34,165 nt of DNA from assembly GCA_964491365.1 (NCBI GenBank), contig CAZBFU010000006.1, forward strand, positions 1-34,165, read 5' to 3'. Numbering within the stretch: position 1 is the first letter of the stretch; every line of letters starts with the position of its first letter. Origin of the DNA: an uncultured Pseudomonadales bacterium. GTDB lineage: Bacteria; Patescibacteriota; Microgenomatia; UBA1400; MFAQ01. The position numbers and the translations under genes are program-made. This document shows positions 16,363 through 24,595 of this stretch, one piece after another. Under the pieces are notes generated by a model. It was given only the letters and a program-made list of their open reading frames with translations. It had not been told where the DNA came from and searched no databases.

Positions 16363-17791
16363 CTTGTAGGAAGTATTTATCTAGCGGATAATTCTCTGCT
16401 TTATTGCCAACTATTTTTTCGCGTTGAGTAAGCAATATTTCTCCTTCAACTGCGCCTAAGTCATCATTCCTAGTTGGTAGTAGTTTTCCAAAGTAGACTG
16501 CTTGATAGAAGTTATTACTCTGGTTTGTTTTATCTCCAATAGTATTTGATATAACAGGATCTAGCTTTTTTTGTTCAGCTACTTTTTTTAGTACTTCAAA
16601 ATCTTTATATCCTTTCATTTCACCTACCAATGATTGGGTCACTCCAGGATAAGTCACAAAATAATATTTCAGAAAATCACCAAAGTTCAAGAAAGAAAGT
16701 AACAACAAAATTGTCACCAAGTATTTATAAGCTTTGCCTTTATAATCTCTAATCCAAACGATGCCATTAACAATCAAGAGAACCAACATTGGTAACAAAG
16801 CCAATAAGCGACTAAAACGGTGTTGCGAGCCTACAAATCCATAAAATAAGGGGGCAATGATCAAGCTATATAGAATTAATATTTTTGGATTATCTAATTT
16901 TTTCAGAATCGAAACCAAGCCAATCACTAAGAGGGGTAGGGTAGCCAGCAATAATACTCCATGCAGCCCGGTTGAATGATAAAGAGTGATATCTCCCCTC
17001 ACAAATAAATATGACCAGTCATAAGAGGATAAATAAGCGCTGGCTAGTTCATAAATAGAATTTCCAGCTGGCCTTGAACCACCCATTACAGCACCTGCAT
17101 AAAAGTGATCTAGTATTGGAATCATCAATACGAACGGTAAGATTGAAACGACAAAATACAAAACTTCAACACCAAACCACTTTTGCCACCCCACTTTTTT
17201 AACAATCATGATTATCGATAAAAATGACCACAAAGGTACTATTGCTCTCATCCCTTTATAGGTATAAAAAGCTACTCCCAAGGCTAATCCTGATAGAAGT
17301 AACCAATTTTTGGTACCAGTTTTTAGAAACTTCGAAATGGTCCATAGCCACAAAATCGTAAATGGAACAGGCATGATGTTGTCTAAACCTAGTCTTGCAT
17401 GAATAAAAAAGAGGGGAGATGAACCTAAAACTAAAACCGCCCAAAGTCCACTTTTCTTCCCTAAAACAGTTTCAGCTAATTTATAGATTAGCCACAAACT
17501 TATAACTGCGATGAGCACACTTGAGAATCGTAGCAAAAATACCGATGGACCAAATAATTTATACAAAAATACCACGAAATACTCGGTTACTGGCTGTCTC
17601 CAGTCTTTTCCTTCTATCGATAGTACAAAGACCGGCCATGATCTGCTATTTTCGTCTCGCCCAGTCTCACTTAATAGGGCAGCATTATAGCCAAAAGCCG
17701 CTTCGTCAACGGTTAATCCAGTGGGAACTTCTAAAAGCCTAAAGGTATATAAAAACGCAAAGATCAAAATAACAAACCATTTGTACAACAC
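16352..17791 (-). CDS. ArnT/PMT-like GT-C fold membrane glycosyltransferase (array paralog 8, more divergent)
   Basis: 479 aa with a GTG start at 17791 (no nearby ATG). Motifs seen: TVDEAAFGYNAALLSETGRDENS, KDWRQPVTEY, LLRFSSVLIA, FIHARLGLDN, FYTYKGMR and AYLSSYDWSYLFVRGD, followed by a short C-terminal soluble region. There is an 11-nt convergent overlap at the 3' end. Confidence 0.72.
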   Translation of the reverse strand: MLYKWFVILIFAFLYTFRLLEVPTGLTVDEAAFGYNAALLSETGRDENSRSWPVFVLSIEGKDWRQPVTEYFVVFLYKLFGPSVFLLRFSSVLIAVISLWLIYKLAETVLGKKSGLWAVLVLGSSPLFFIHARLGLDNIMPVPFTILWLWTISKFLKTGTKNWLLLSGLALGVAFYTYKGMRAIVPLWSFLSIIMIVKKVGWQKWFGVEVLYFVVSILPFVLMIPILDHFYAGAVMGGSRPAGNSIYELASAYLSSYDWSYLFVRGDITLYHSTGLHGVLLLATLPLLVIGLVSILKKLDNPKILILYSLIIAPLFYGFVGSQHRFSRLLALLPMLVLLIVNGIVWIRDYKGKAYKYLVTILLLLSFLNFGDFLKYYFVTYPGVTQSLVGEMKGYKDFEVLKKVAEQKKLDPVISNTIGDKTNQSNNFYQAVYFGKLLPTRNDDLGAVEGEILLTQREKIVGNKAENYPLDKYFLQVKE

Positions 17792-17793
17792 TC

Positions 17794-17799
17794 TATAAT
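17794..17799 (+). promoter_or_regulatory. Candidate -10 box (TATAAT) 11 nt upstream of the ATG at 17811, within a 19-nt divergent spacer
   Basis: The spacer is tcTATAATtattctaactc followed by ATG. On the - strand the same spacer holds TAGAAT (17801-17806), 9 nt upstream of the GTG at 17791. Confidence 0.35.
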
Positions 17800-17810
17800 T
17801 ATTCTAACTC

Positions 17811-18875
17811 ATGAAAATCAAAGTTAATCTAGTTAGCCATAAAGGTTCAGGTAGTAGAGGCATCGGTTTTTATGAGAAATATCTAGCTCAATCACTCCTT
17901 TCGACAGGTAAAGTAGAATTTTCAACCCTTGGGTCAGACATAATCCATTATCCTTTTTTTGATTTGTTCTATCACAGCCTACCACTCATCAAGCTTAAGC
18001 CGACTATTGTTACCATTCACGATTTAACACCTCTGGTCATGTCGAAAAATTATCCAGTTGGGATTAGGGGTAGGCTTAATTTCTTCTTCCAAAAGCTTTC
18101 TTTGCGTGGAGTTAACGCCATAATCACCGATAGTGAGAATAGTCGACGTGACATCATCAAGATTCTCAATATTAATCCAAGTAAAATATTTGTTACACCT
18201 CTTGCTTGTGATGGAGAGTATGCAAAAGTTCCTTCACACAGGCAAGTTGCTGCAACCAAGAAAAAGTATCATTTACCAGATCGTTTTTTGCTTTTCGTAG
18301 GGGGAATCAATGTCAATAAGAATTTGCTTACCCTGATTAAAGCTTCGCTAAAAGCAAACATTCCTTTAGTTCTCGTAGGTGGAGAATTTACCAAACCAGT
18401 TCTCAAAAACACTTCAATAAAAAATTTGCTTGGGTTGCAAGTTGTTCATCCCGAGGTTGCCCATGTTGAGAATATCAAAATGTACCTAAAGGAGTTCAGT
18501 CAAAATATTAGAACCTTGGGTTTTGTTAGTAACCAGGAGTTAAATCATATCTATCGTTTGGCCACTGCATACGTTCAACCGTCATTTTATGAAGGTTTTG
18601 GACTTCCTCTCCTAGAAGCCATGACTACGGGGTGTCTAACAATTTCTTCTAAAGCATCTTCGCTGCCTGAAATATATCCAAAAGGAAGTATAACTTTTAA
18701 TCCAGACTCACAGGCAGAGTTGGTCCAAGCTATAATTAGAGTTCTAAAACTTAGTCTAAGAGAGAGAACTTTACTTCGAAACGACGCCTTGGCTAGAGCT
18801 TCTGATTTCAGTTGGAATATAACGGCTTCAAAAACTCTATCTATCTACCAGAAAGTTTATTCAAGGAGCATATAA
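17811..18875 (+). CDS. GT4 family (GT-B fold) glycosyltransferase
   Basis: 354 aa. The C-terminal half carries the Glycos_transf_1 signature FYEGFGLPLLEAM (E-x7-E). RFLLFVGGINVNKN is typical of GT4 enzymes. Confidence 0.8.
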   Translation: MKIKVNLVSHKGSGSRGIGFYEKYLAQSLLSTGKVEFSTLGSDIIHYPFFDLFYHSLPLIKLKPTIVTIHDLTPLVMSKNYPVGIRGRLNFFFQKLSLRGVNAIITDSENSRRDIIKILNINPSKIFVTPLACDGEYAKVPSHRQVAATKKKYHLPDRFLLFVGGINVNKNLLTLIKASLKANIPLVLVGGEFTKPVLKNTSIKNLLGLQVVHPEVAHVENIKMYLKEFSQNIRTLGFVSNQELNHIYRLATAYVQPSFYEGFGLPLLEAMTTGCLTISSKASSLPEIYPKGSITFNPDSQAELVQAIIRVLKLSLRERTLLRNDALARASDFSWNITASKTLSIYQKVYSRSI

Positions 18876-18876
18876 T
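18871..18876 (+). promoter_or_regulatory. Candidate -10 box (TATAAT) 10 nt upstream of the ATG at 18887
   Basis: Perfect TATAAT that embeds the TAA stop (18873-18875) of the GT4 gene. It has the same arrangement as the hexamer at 5037-5042. Confidence 0.3.
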
Positions 18877-18886
18877 AGATCTTCAC

Positions 18887-20023
18887 ATGCCTATTCGTAA
18901 CATTATCAAAACTTATTTTACCTGGCGAATACTCGTCAGCTTAGCCGCCATACCAGCGGCTTTTTTATTGCCCCTCATTGTTCGTTATTCATTACAGAGC
19001 GGAAACTTTGAAGCAGATCATCTTTTACAAATGTGGGCAAATTTCGACGGACCTCGATATCTACATTTGGCTCAAATTGGTCAAATTGAACGATGGGATT
19101 CGCTCCTTCTGACACTTTTCCCCTTGTATCCATGGCTTATCGGAATCTTTAGCCTGATTTTTTCACCACTAGTTTCTTCACTGCTAATTTCCAATATATG
19201 TCTCGTCATCTCTTTAATTTTGCTTTATAAGCTTGTAAAAATGGATTTTGACTCTAAAGTTGCAAAAATGAGCCTCTTACTACTGCTTATTTTTCCCACT
19301 TCGTTTGTTTTAGGCAGTGTCTATACAGAATCATTGTTCTTACTACTTTCAATTGGAAGTATTTATCTGATGAGGCAGAATAGATTTATGTGTGCAGGTG
19401 TCTTGGTCAGCTTAGCAGGCTTAACAAGATTCCTAGGTGTAGCCTTAATTCCGGTTTTGTTGATCGAATACATCCAGGCTGTTAAGTCAAATAAATTAAA
19501 ACTGTTTGGTCCTCAATTTGCAGGCGTTATTACTGCCCCATTGGGTTTAATTAGTTACTTATATTTTCAGTACGTCCGCATCGGCGATCCTTTATTTCTT
19601 TTGAATTCATATTCAGATTTTATGTTAAGTTCTGGTTTTGAGAAATTTATCCTCCCTCATCAAGTCTTTTACCGGTATCTTAAAATGTTTATCTTCTCTG
19701 GAAATCGCCTCGATCCTTTTTACTTTACGGTTGTCTTAGAACTTGTGGTGGTGGTTTTAAGCTTTGCTTTTAGTGTTTTGGCCCTCAAATATACGCGAAA
19801 ATCATATGCAGTCTTCAGTTTGTTAATCCTCTTCATTCCAATGTTCTCTGGAACTTTCCATTCGCTACCCAGGATTGTCTTGGTCGCTTTTCCTATCTTT
19901 ATTATGGCGGCTAAATTTATCAGTAGAGTATCACTCCGATTTCAACAAATAATTTTTACCTTCTTACTACTAGTAGGTTTTATTTGCATCTCGCTTTTCA
20001 CTCGAGGCTACTTTGTGGTCTAA
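18887..20023 (+). CDS. Polytopic GT-C-type membrane mannosyltransferase-like protein (PIG-V / Mannosyl_trans2-like)
   Basis: The ORF track starts at a TTG at 18812, inside the GT4 gene. I prefer the ATG at 18887 (MPIRNIIKTYFTWRIL...). The product is about 378 aa and very hydrophobic. The first loop, MWANFDGPRYLHLAQIG, resembles the W-D-x-x-x-Y/F-x-x-I-A-x-x-G motif of PIG-V-like enzymes. The family assignment is tentative. Confidence 0.5.
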   Translation: MPIRNIIKTYFTWRILVSLAAIPAAFLLPLIVRYSLQSGNFEADHLLQMWANFDGPRYLHLAQIGQIERWDSLLLTLFPLYPWLIGIFSLIFSPLVSSLLISNICLVISLILLYKLVKMDFDSKVAKMSLLLLLIFPTSFVLGSVYTESLFLLLSIGSIYLMRQNRFMCAGVLVSLAGLTRFLGVALIPVLLIEYIQAVKSNKLKLFGPQFAGVITAPLGLISYLYFQYVRIGDPLFLLNSYSDFMLSSGFEKFILPHQVFYRYLKMFIFSGNRLDPFYFTVVLELVVVVLSFAFSVLALKYTRKSYAVFSLLILFIPMFSGTFHSLPRIVLVAFPIFIMAAKFISRVSLRFQQIIFTFLLLVGFICISLFTRGYFVV

Positions 20024-20047
20024 AAGATTTAAGTTACACTTATAAGT

Positions 20048-21319
20048 GTGATCTCAAAACTAAAAATCACCCCTGCTTTTATTAATGCAAGTTTCTACTA
20101 TTTTAGTTCATTCGGTATAGGCATCCTTAGATACTTTTTTCACCTAATTTTGCTTCGTTTTTTAAACCCTTCCTCATATGGAGAATTCTTAGCTTATCTT
20201 TCTCTCATATTTTTACTATCAGTACCTTCAAGTACTATTGGAACCTTAGTTATTAGGCGAGTTAGTCGCTTGAGTAAGGTAGATTACTCTCATACAAACT
20301 CATTTTTCTATAAAATTCTTAAGATTTTTTCTCTGCCTACAATAGTAGCCGCATTTATTTTAGTCTTGATTGCCCCTTTTCTAGCAAATCTCTTTAAGTC
20401 ACAGAATGATGCTTTTATAATCTTGGCTTTCTTTTTAGTGATCTCACTTCCTTCAACAATCTTGAGATCAATTTTAACTGCTCAAGAGAAATTGAGTCTT
20501 GTTTCACTTATTGGAATAGTCGAAGTAGTTTTCACTTTGGTATTCACCTTTATATTCTTGTCCTGGAAGCCTGATCCAATTATCCCTGTTATTATCCAAG
20601 TCACATCAGTCATCTTTGGATGCCTATTAATGTTTTTTCTACTCTCAAAGTGGCTATGGCCAGTAAATCACAGTTCAAATGATTCACATCTAAATCTCAA
20701 AGGTGATTTAGTCCAATCTTTTATTTACTCTATATCCTTAGCTAGTTTAATTTCTTCAGATAATCTTACTCTGCGTGTAATTTTAGATAGTCACACCTCC
20801 GGTTTTTATGCCGCTCTTTCCACCATTGCTAGGTCTTTTTATTTTGCCCTATCACCATTGGCTACTATTGTATTAAGCGTTGTAGCCAATAGAATTTCAG
20901 ATCACAAATCTCCAAGAACTGTTTTTTTGAAACTCTTCTTTACTCAAGCAGGATTAAGTTTTGCTGGTTTAGGACTAGTTCTCTTTGTGCCGTCGCACAT
21001 CATCGCCCTTTTAGGTGGATCAACCTATCAATCTTTAGTTGGCTTATTACCAATTCAAGTAGCAGCTTCACTATTTTTATCACTCAATGTATTTTTTGTA
21101 TCCACCCTCATGGGTTTGCATTATCGCCATGCCTCAATTCTGATCCTAATCGTGGCGCTTGCCCAACCAATTGCCCTTACCTTTGTAAGAAGTCTTTCAG
21201 ATGGAGTCTATTTAAACTTTTTAGTTCAAGCTTTAGGAAGTGTGTTGCTCGGCTTCTTCTGTATCAGTATTTTGGTACAATTCCGCCCAGATGGCACAAA
21301 AGTTAAAGCAAGTAGATAA
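20048..21319 (+). CDS. MOP-superfamily polysaccharide flippase (Wzx/Polysacc_synt-like)
   Basis: 423 aa with a GTG start (first start codon after an in-frame stop at 20030-20032). It appears to have about 12 hydrophobic segments. The N-terminal LRYFFHLILLRFLNPSSYGEFLAY resembles the conserved R-x-L-x-P-x-x-Y-G stretch of Polysacc_synt proteins. Confidence 0.6.
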   Translation: MISKLKITPAFINASFYYFSSFGIGILRYFFHLILLRFLNPSSYGEFLAYLSLIFLLSVPSSTIGTLVIRRVSRLSKVDYSHTNSFFYKILKIFSLPTIVAAFILVLIAPFLANLFKSQNDAFIILAFFLVISLPSTILRSILTAQEKLSLVSLIGIVEVVFTLVFTFIFLSWKPDPIIPVIIQVTSVIFGCLLMFFLLSKWLWPVNHSSNDSHLNLKGDLVQSFIYSISLASLISSDNLTLRVILDSHTSGFYAALSTIARSFYFALSPLATIVLSVVANRISDHKSPRTVFLKLFFTQAGLSFAGLGLVLFVPSHIIALLGGSTYQSLVGLLPIQVAASLFLSLNVFFVSTLMGLHYRHASILILIVALAQPIALTFVRSLSDGVYLNFLVQALGSVLLGFFCISILVQFRPDGTKVKASR

Positions 21320-22097
21320 TCAACTTCTCTCTGTTGTAGTTCCAGTCTACTCATGCCCAACGATTGCTACAGATCTAAAGAATGTTAAACAAAGTTTAGA
21401 AACATTAAAAGAGCCTTACGAAATAATCTGTGTCGTTGATGGCAGTAGTAGCCCCAAAGATAAAACGTTCCAACGCGCTTTGAAAGTTCAGTCGAACAAC
21501 ATCAAAGTTTATACCTATAGCCAAAATAAGGGTAAAGGATACGCAATTCGATATGGTATGGCCAAATCATACGGTGGCATCGTCTCTTTCATCGATGCAG
21601 GAAGTGACCTAGAACCTCGTGGATTAGCCATGGCACTTGCACATATGAGATGGTACGATGCAGATATCGTGGTCGGCAGCAAACGTCATCGTGCTAGCCT
21701 GGTTAATTATCCTTGGCAAAGGCGAATCTTGTCTTTTATTGTTCAATTAGCAACAAGATTTTTCTTTGGAATCAACGTCTCAGACACACAAACAGGCTTA
21801 AAGTTGTTCAAGAGGGGAGTTCTAAAGAAAGTTTTACCACGTTTACTGGTTAAAAGATTTGCCTTCGATTTAGAAATTCTCGCCGTAGCTAGTAGGCTTG
21901 GCTTTAACAGGATTTACGAGTCACCTGTGGTTCTCAATTATAACTTTGCCTCTACTGTCAAACTGTTTGGAAAAAACTCTGTTCAAGAGTTCTTTATCGA
22001 TTACCTTGCCATCATTTATCGAACCCATTTGCTTCGCTATTACGATGATGCCCAGCACGATTTGTGGAAAAAAGACCCTGATCTGCGTATTATTTAA
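21291..22097 (+). CDS. GT2 polyprenyl-phosphate sugar synthase (Dpm1/GtrB/ArnC-like), second copy
   Basis: I prefer the ATG at 21291 (MAQKLKQVDNQLLSVVVPVY); the ORF track starts at a GTG at 21240. Motifs seen: ICVVDGSSSPKD, KGKGYAIRYGM, IDAGSDLEP and VSDTQTGLKLFKR (D-x-Q-x-G-x-K-x-F motif). It overlaps the flippase 3' end by 29 nt. Confidence 0.72.
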   Translation: MAQKLKQVDNQLLSVVVPVYSCPTIATDLKNVKQSLETLKEPYEIICVVDGSSSPKDKTFQRALKVQSNNIKVYTYSQNKGKGYAIRYGMAKSYGGIVSFIDAGSDLEPRGLAMALAHMRWYDADIVVGSKRHRASLVNYPWQRRILSFIVQLATRFFFGINVSDTQTGLKLFKRGVLKKVLPRLLVKRFAFDLEILAVASRLGFNRIYESPVVLNYNFASTVKLFGKNSVQEFFIDYLAIIYRTHLLRYYDDAQHDLWKKDPDLRII

Positions 22098-23577
22098 GCA
22101 TCTTCTCGATCAATAACATCCCTTGATCATTTGTCGGAGCATATTTTTTTGCCAAGTTAAAAGATTCTAATGCTTTTTTTTTGTCATCCATGGCAATAAA
22201 TGTGACGGCCATAGATCTGGCTGCCTGCCAGATTGTAGGGTTTAATTCCAGACATTTTTTATACATCTCCACGGCATTCTGATACTTGCCCAACATACGC
22301 AAACTTTCTCCTTTATGAAACCAGGTGGCAGCATTGTTTGGGTTAATACTAAGAGACAGATCGAATAATTTTATTGCTTTGTTGTAATCACCTTTTAAGT
22401 TGTAAACGTAACCTAAGTTTAAGTGAGTATGTGGGCTCGATGGAGAAGTTTTCGCTGTGGCTGTCCACAAAGCTTCATTACTTCTCCAATCAGAAATTCT
22501 AAACCCAGTTCGCAACACTAAAGCTAGCCCTAAGAGAAAGACAAGTAAGTACAAATAGTCTTTGTTTATCTTTCTATAAAATATTCTCTCTAGAAGATTT
22601 ACAGTTATGACACTAATTCCTACCAAACTTAAATAGCTATATCGTTCAGCCACAACCCAGGTTAAACCAGTAGGTATCAAGGTTACCCCTAATGCCAAGA
22701 CACTCCATGCCAGCCAGAATCCAGTCTCTTTTTTTCGATAAATCAAGAATATTGCAAATGCCACTATCGATATGGTGATCAATAAACCAAGACCAAATCC
22801 CAAAAATCCGGTGCTTAATTCAGATTGATAAAGACTTAGCTTTTCAGGGAAGTAGTATAAAAAAGTATACTTAGAAATCGCAATTGGGATTGATATGAGA
22901 GGATTTTTAGTATCTACTTGCTGGCCTGTATCTACCTCGATTAATTGCTGTCTACTCGAAGCTTTGGTAATCATTAAGTAGGCAAAAAGTACACTCAATA
23001 TAGTCATGAACACAAGAATAATTTTCTTGTCTTTGTTTGCAGGTGTTAGAAAATTACGGATTATAAGGATCGGAATCAAGGATGTTGCCAAAATGTTTAC
23101 TGATATTGCACACACAAAAGTTACCAAAGACCAAAAGTATTTAACTTTGCTTGTATGTGTATACAAATAGTATGTAAGTAACGCAAAAAAACCCATAATC
23201 GAGTATGGAGCACCTGAAATCCAAGTTATGCTTTCAACCGTTAGTGGATGCAGTCCGAATAAGCCGCTTATCGATAACGCCCTCCATTCACCATTTTTCC
23301 GAAAAATTTTATAAACCATCAAAACACTTCCCAAATGAAAAAGTATATTTACCAATCGATACAAGATAGGCGATTGTCCTGAAACTATCGCGGTCATATA
23401 TCTGATCAAGACAAAAACAAATCCCAACTTGTTTAGATTCAAGCTTTCCGAGAAGTTCGTTAAATTAATATTTTCTGCAATTCCGGTCACATCATCAGAC
23501 AAAAAAGGGAAATTTAAGCTAAAACTGTGTACTAAGAAAATAAAAATTAATAGAAACACCAAATACCATCTGCTCAT
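22090..23577 (-). CDS. GT-C membrane glycosyltransferase fused to C-terminal TPR repeats (TMTC-like architecture)
   Basis: 495 aa with an ATG start. The N-terminal loop is FPFLSDDVTGIAENINL (DD motif), followed by about 10 hydrophobic segments. The C-terminal ~120 aa carry TPR-like repeats (LNLGYVYNLKGDYNKAIKLFDLSLSINPNN, ATWFHKGESLRMLGKYQNAVEMYKKCLELNP). Confidence 0.7.
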   Translation of the reverse strand: MSRWYLVFLLIFIFLVHSFSLNFPFLSDDVTGIAENINLTNFSESLNLNKLGFVFVLIRYMTAIVSGQSPILYRLVNILFHLGSVLMVYKIFRKNGEWRALSISGLFGLHPLTVESITWISGAPYSIMGFFALLTYYLYTHTSKVKYFWSLVTFVCAISVNILATSLIPILIIRNFLTPANKDKKIILVFMTILSVLFAYLMITKASSRQQLIEVDTGQQVDTKNPLISIPIAISKYTFLYYFPEKLSLYQSELSTGFLGFGLGLLITISIVAFAIFLIYRKKETGFWLAWSVLALGVTLIPTGLTWVVAERYSYLSLVGISVITVNLLERIFYRKINKDYLYLLVFLLGLALVLRTGFRISDWRSNEALWTATAKTSPSSPHTHLNLGYVYNLKGDYNKAIKLFDLSLSINPNNAATWFHKGESLRMLGKYQNAVEMYKKCLELNPTIWQAARSMAVTFIAMDDKKKALESFNLAKKYAPTNDQGMLLIEKMLK

Positions 23578-23602
23578 TATTGTTATACTAACTCAGAAAT
23601 CT

Positions 23603-24595
23603 ATGAAGGTGTTAATTTCCGTCATTATTATTGATTACAAGAAAAAGAATCCATATCTTTCAGAGACATTTGCCGCTCTTTCTAAACAAACATTCACAGA
23701 ATTCGAAGTGATTTTGCTTTGTGATCATCCCACAAACTACCATTTCAAGAATTTAATTCAGAAGCACTATGATGGTGTGTATACCTCTCCAGCTAAGAAA
23801 AGAGATGACGGTGCGGCTTTGGCCAAAGGTCAAATACTTGCCTTTATCGATGATGATGCATATCCTGATTCAAAATGGTTAGAAAATATAGCGACAAAAT
23901 TTAACGGACACGAGAATCTTGTCGCCATTGGTGGTCCTGGAATTACCCCACCCCACGTCAGTCTAACCGAAGCTGCTTCGGGATGGGTTAGTGCATCGCC
24001 TCTTGGCTCAGGGCCATATGGATATAGATTCATGGTGGCTTCATCAAGAGAGGTTGACGATTATCCAAGTATGAATTTAGCTGTTAGAAAATCAGTGTTT
24101 AACTCAGTTGGTGGGTACGACACCAATTACTGGCCAGGAGAAGATACCAAATTGTGTTTGGATTTAATTAATAAAGGAGGAAAAATTAGATATTATCCAG
24201 ATGTCCTGGTTTTTCATCATCGACGACCACTTTTTAAAAAACATCTGATTCAAAATGGGCAGTTTGGACTTCATCGAGGCTTTTTTGCTAGAGTTCTACC
24301 ACAGACTTCTGCCAGAGTCAGTTATTTTGCTCCATCTGCTTTACTGCTCGGTTGGATTTACTTGATCTTAGCAAGTTTCATCCCAACAATATCTATACCA
24401 ATCTTCCTTAACCTTGGAAAAATTCTCACTAGTTTGTATCTGTTAGCCGTTTTGATTAATTCTGTCTGGATCGGCATTAAATCAAGTTCGATACTGCACT
24501 TTATTATTAGTCTGATCAGTGTTCCTATCACTCATTTGTGGTACGGTGGGAAATTTATCCAAGGTTTTCTTTTTACAACCAAACTCACACGTTAA
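23603..24595 (+). CDS. GT2 family glycosyltransferase with C-terminal transmembrane segments
   Basis: I prefer the ATG at 23603 (MKVLISVIIIDYKKKNPYL). The ORF track starts at a TTG at 23429, which is antisense to the neighbouring gene. Motifs seen: FEVILLCDH, AFIDDDAYPD (DxD) and WPGEDTKLCLDL. The C-terminal ~90 aa are hydrophobic. Confidence 0.75.
   Translation: MKVLISVIIIDYKKKNPYLSETFAALSKQTFTEFEVILLCDHPTNYHFKNLIQKHYDGVYTSPAKKRDDGAALAKGQILAFIDDDAYPDSKWLENIATKFNGHENLVAIGGPGITPPHVSLTEAASGWVSASPLGSGPYGYRFMVASSREVDDYPSMNLAVRKSVFNSVGGYDTNYWPGEDTKLCLDLINKGGKIRYYPDVLVFHHRRPLFKKHLIQNGQFGLHRGFFARVLPQTSARVSYFAPSALLLGWIYLILASFIPTISIPIFLNLGKILTSLYLLAVLINSVWIGIKSSSILHFIISLISVPITHLWYGGKFIQGFLFTTKLTR

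Noticed and set aside
65-17791. The array considered as a standard lipid A aminoarabinose (arnT) locus or a conventional Wzx/Wzy O-antigen cluster.
   Set aside because: There are no arnA/B/D-like genes, no nucleotide-sugar biosynthesis genes, no Wzy/WaaL/Wzz and no priming phosphoglycosyltransferase in the window. About eleven paralogs is far beyond what those systems contain.
18863-18868. AAGGAG, the only strong Shine-Dalgarno-like motif I noticed near a start codon.
   Set aside because: It lies 18 nt upstream of the ATG at 18887, which is too far for canonical spacing. It sits inside the GT4 coding sequence (codons for K-E/R-S), so it is probably coincidental.
22174-22182. T9 (A9 on the coding strand, DDKKKAL) homopolymer in the TMTC-like gene, plus several A7-A8 tracts elsewhere (e.g. 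6844-6851, 29712-19), considered as possible slipped-strand phase-variation switches for glycosyltransferases.
   Set aside because: The tracts are explained by runs of AAA Lys or TTT Phe codons in an AT-rich genome. A single sequence gives no evidence of length variation. This would only be worth revisiting with population or metagenomic read data.
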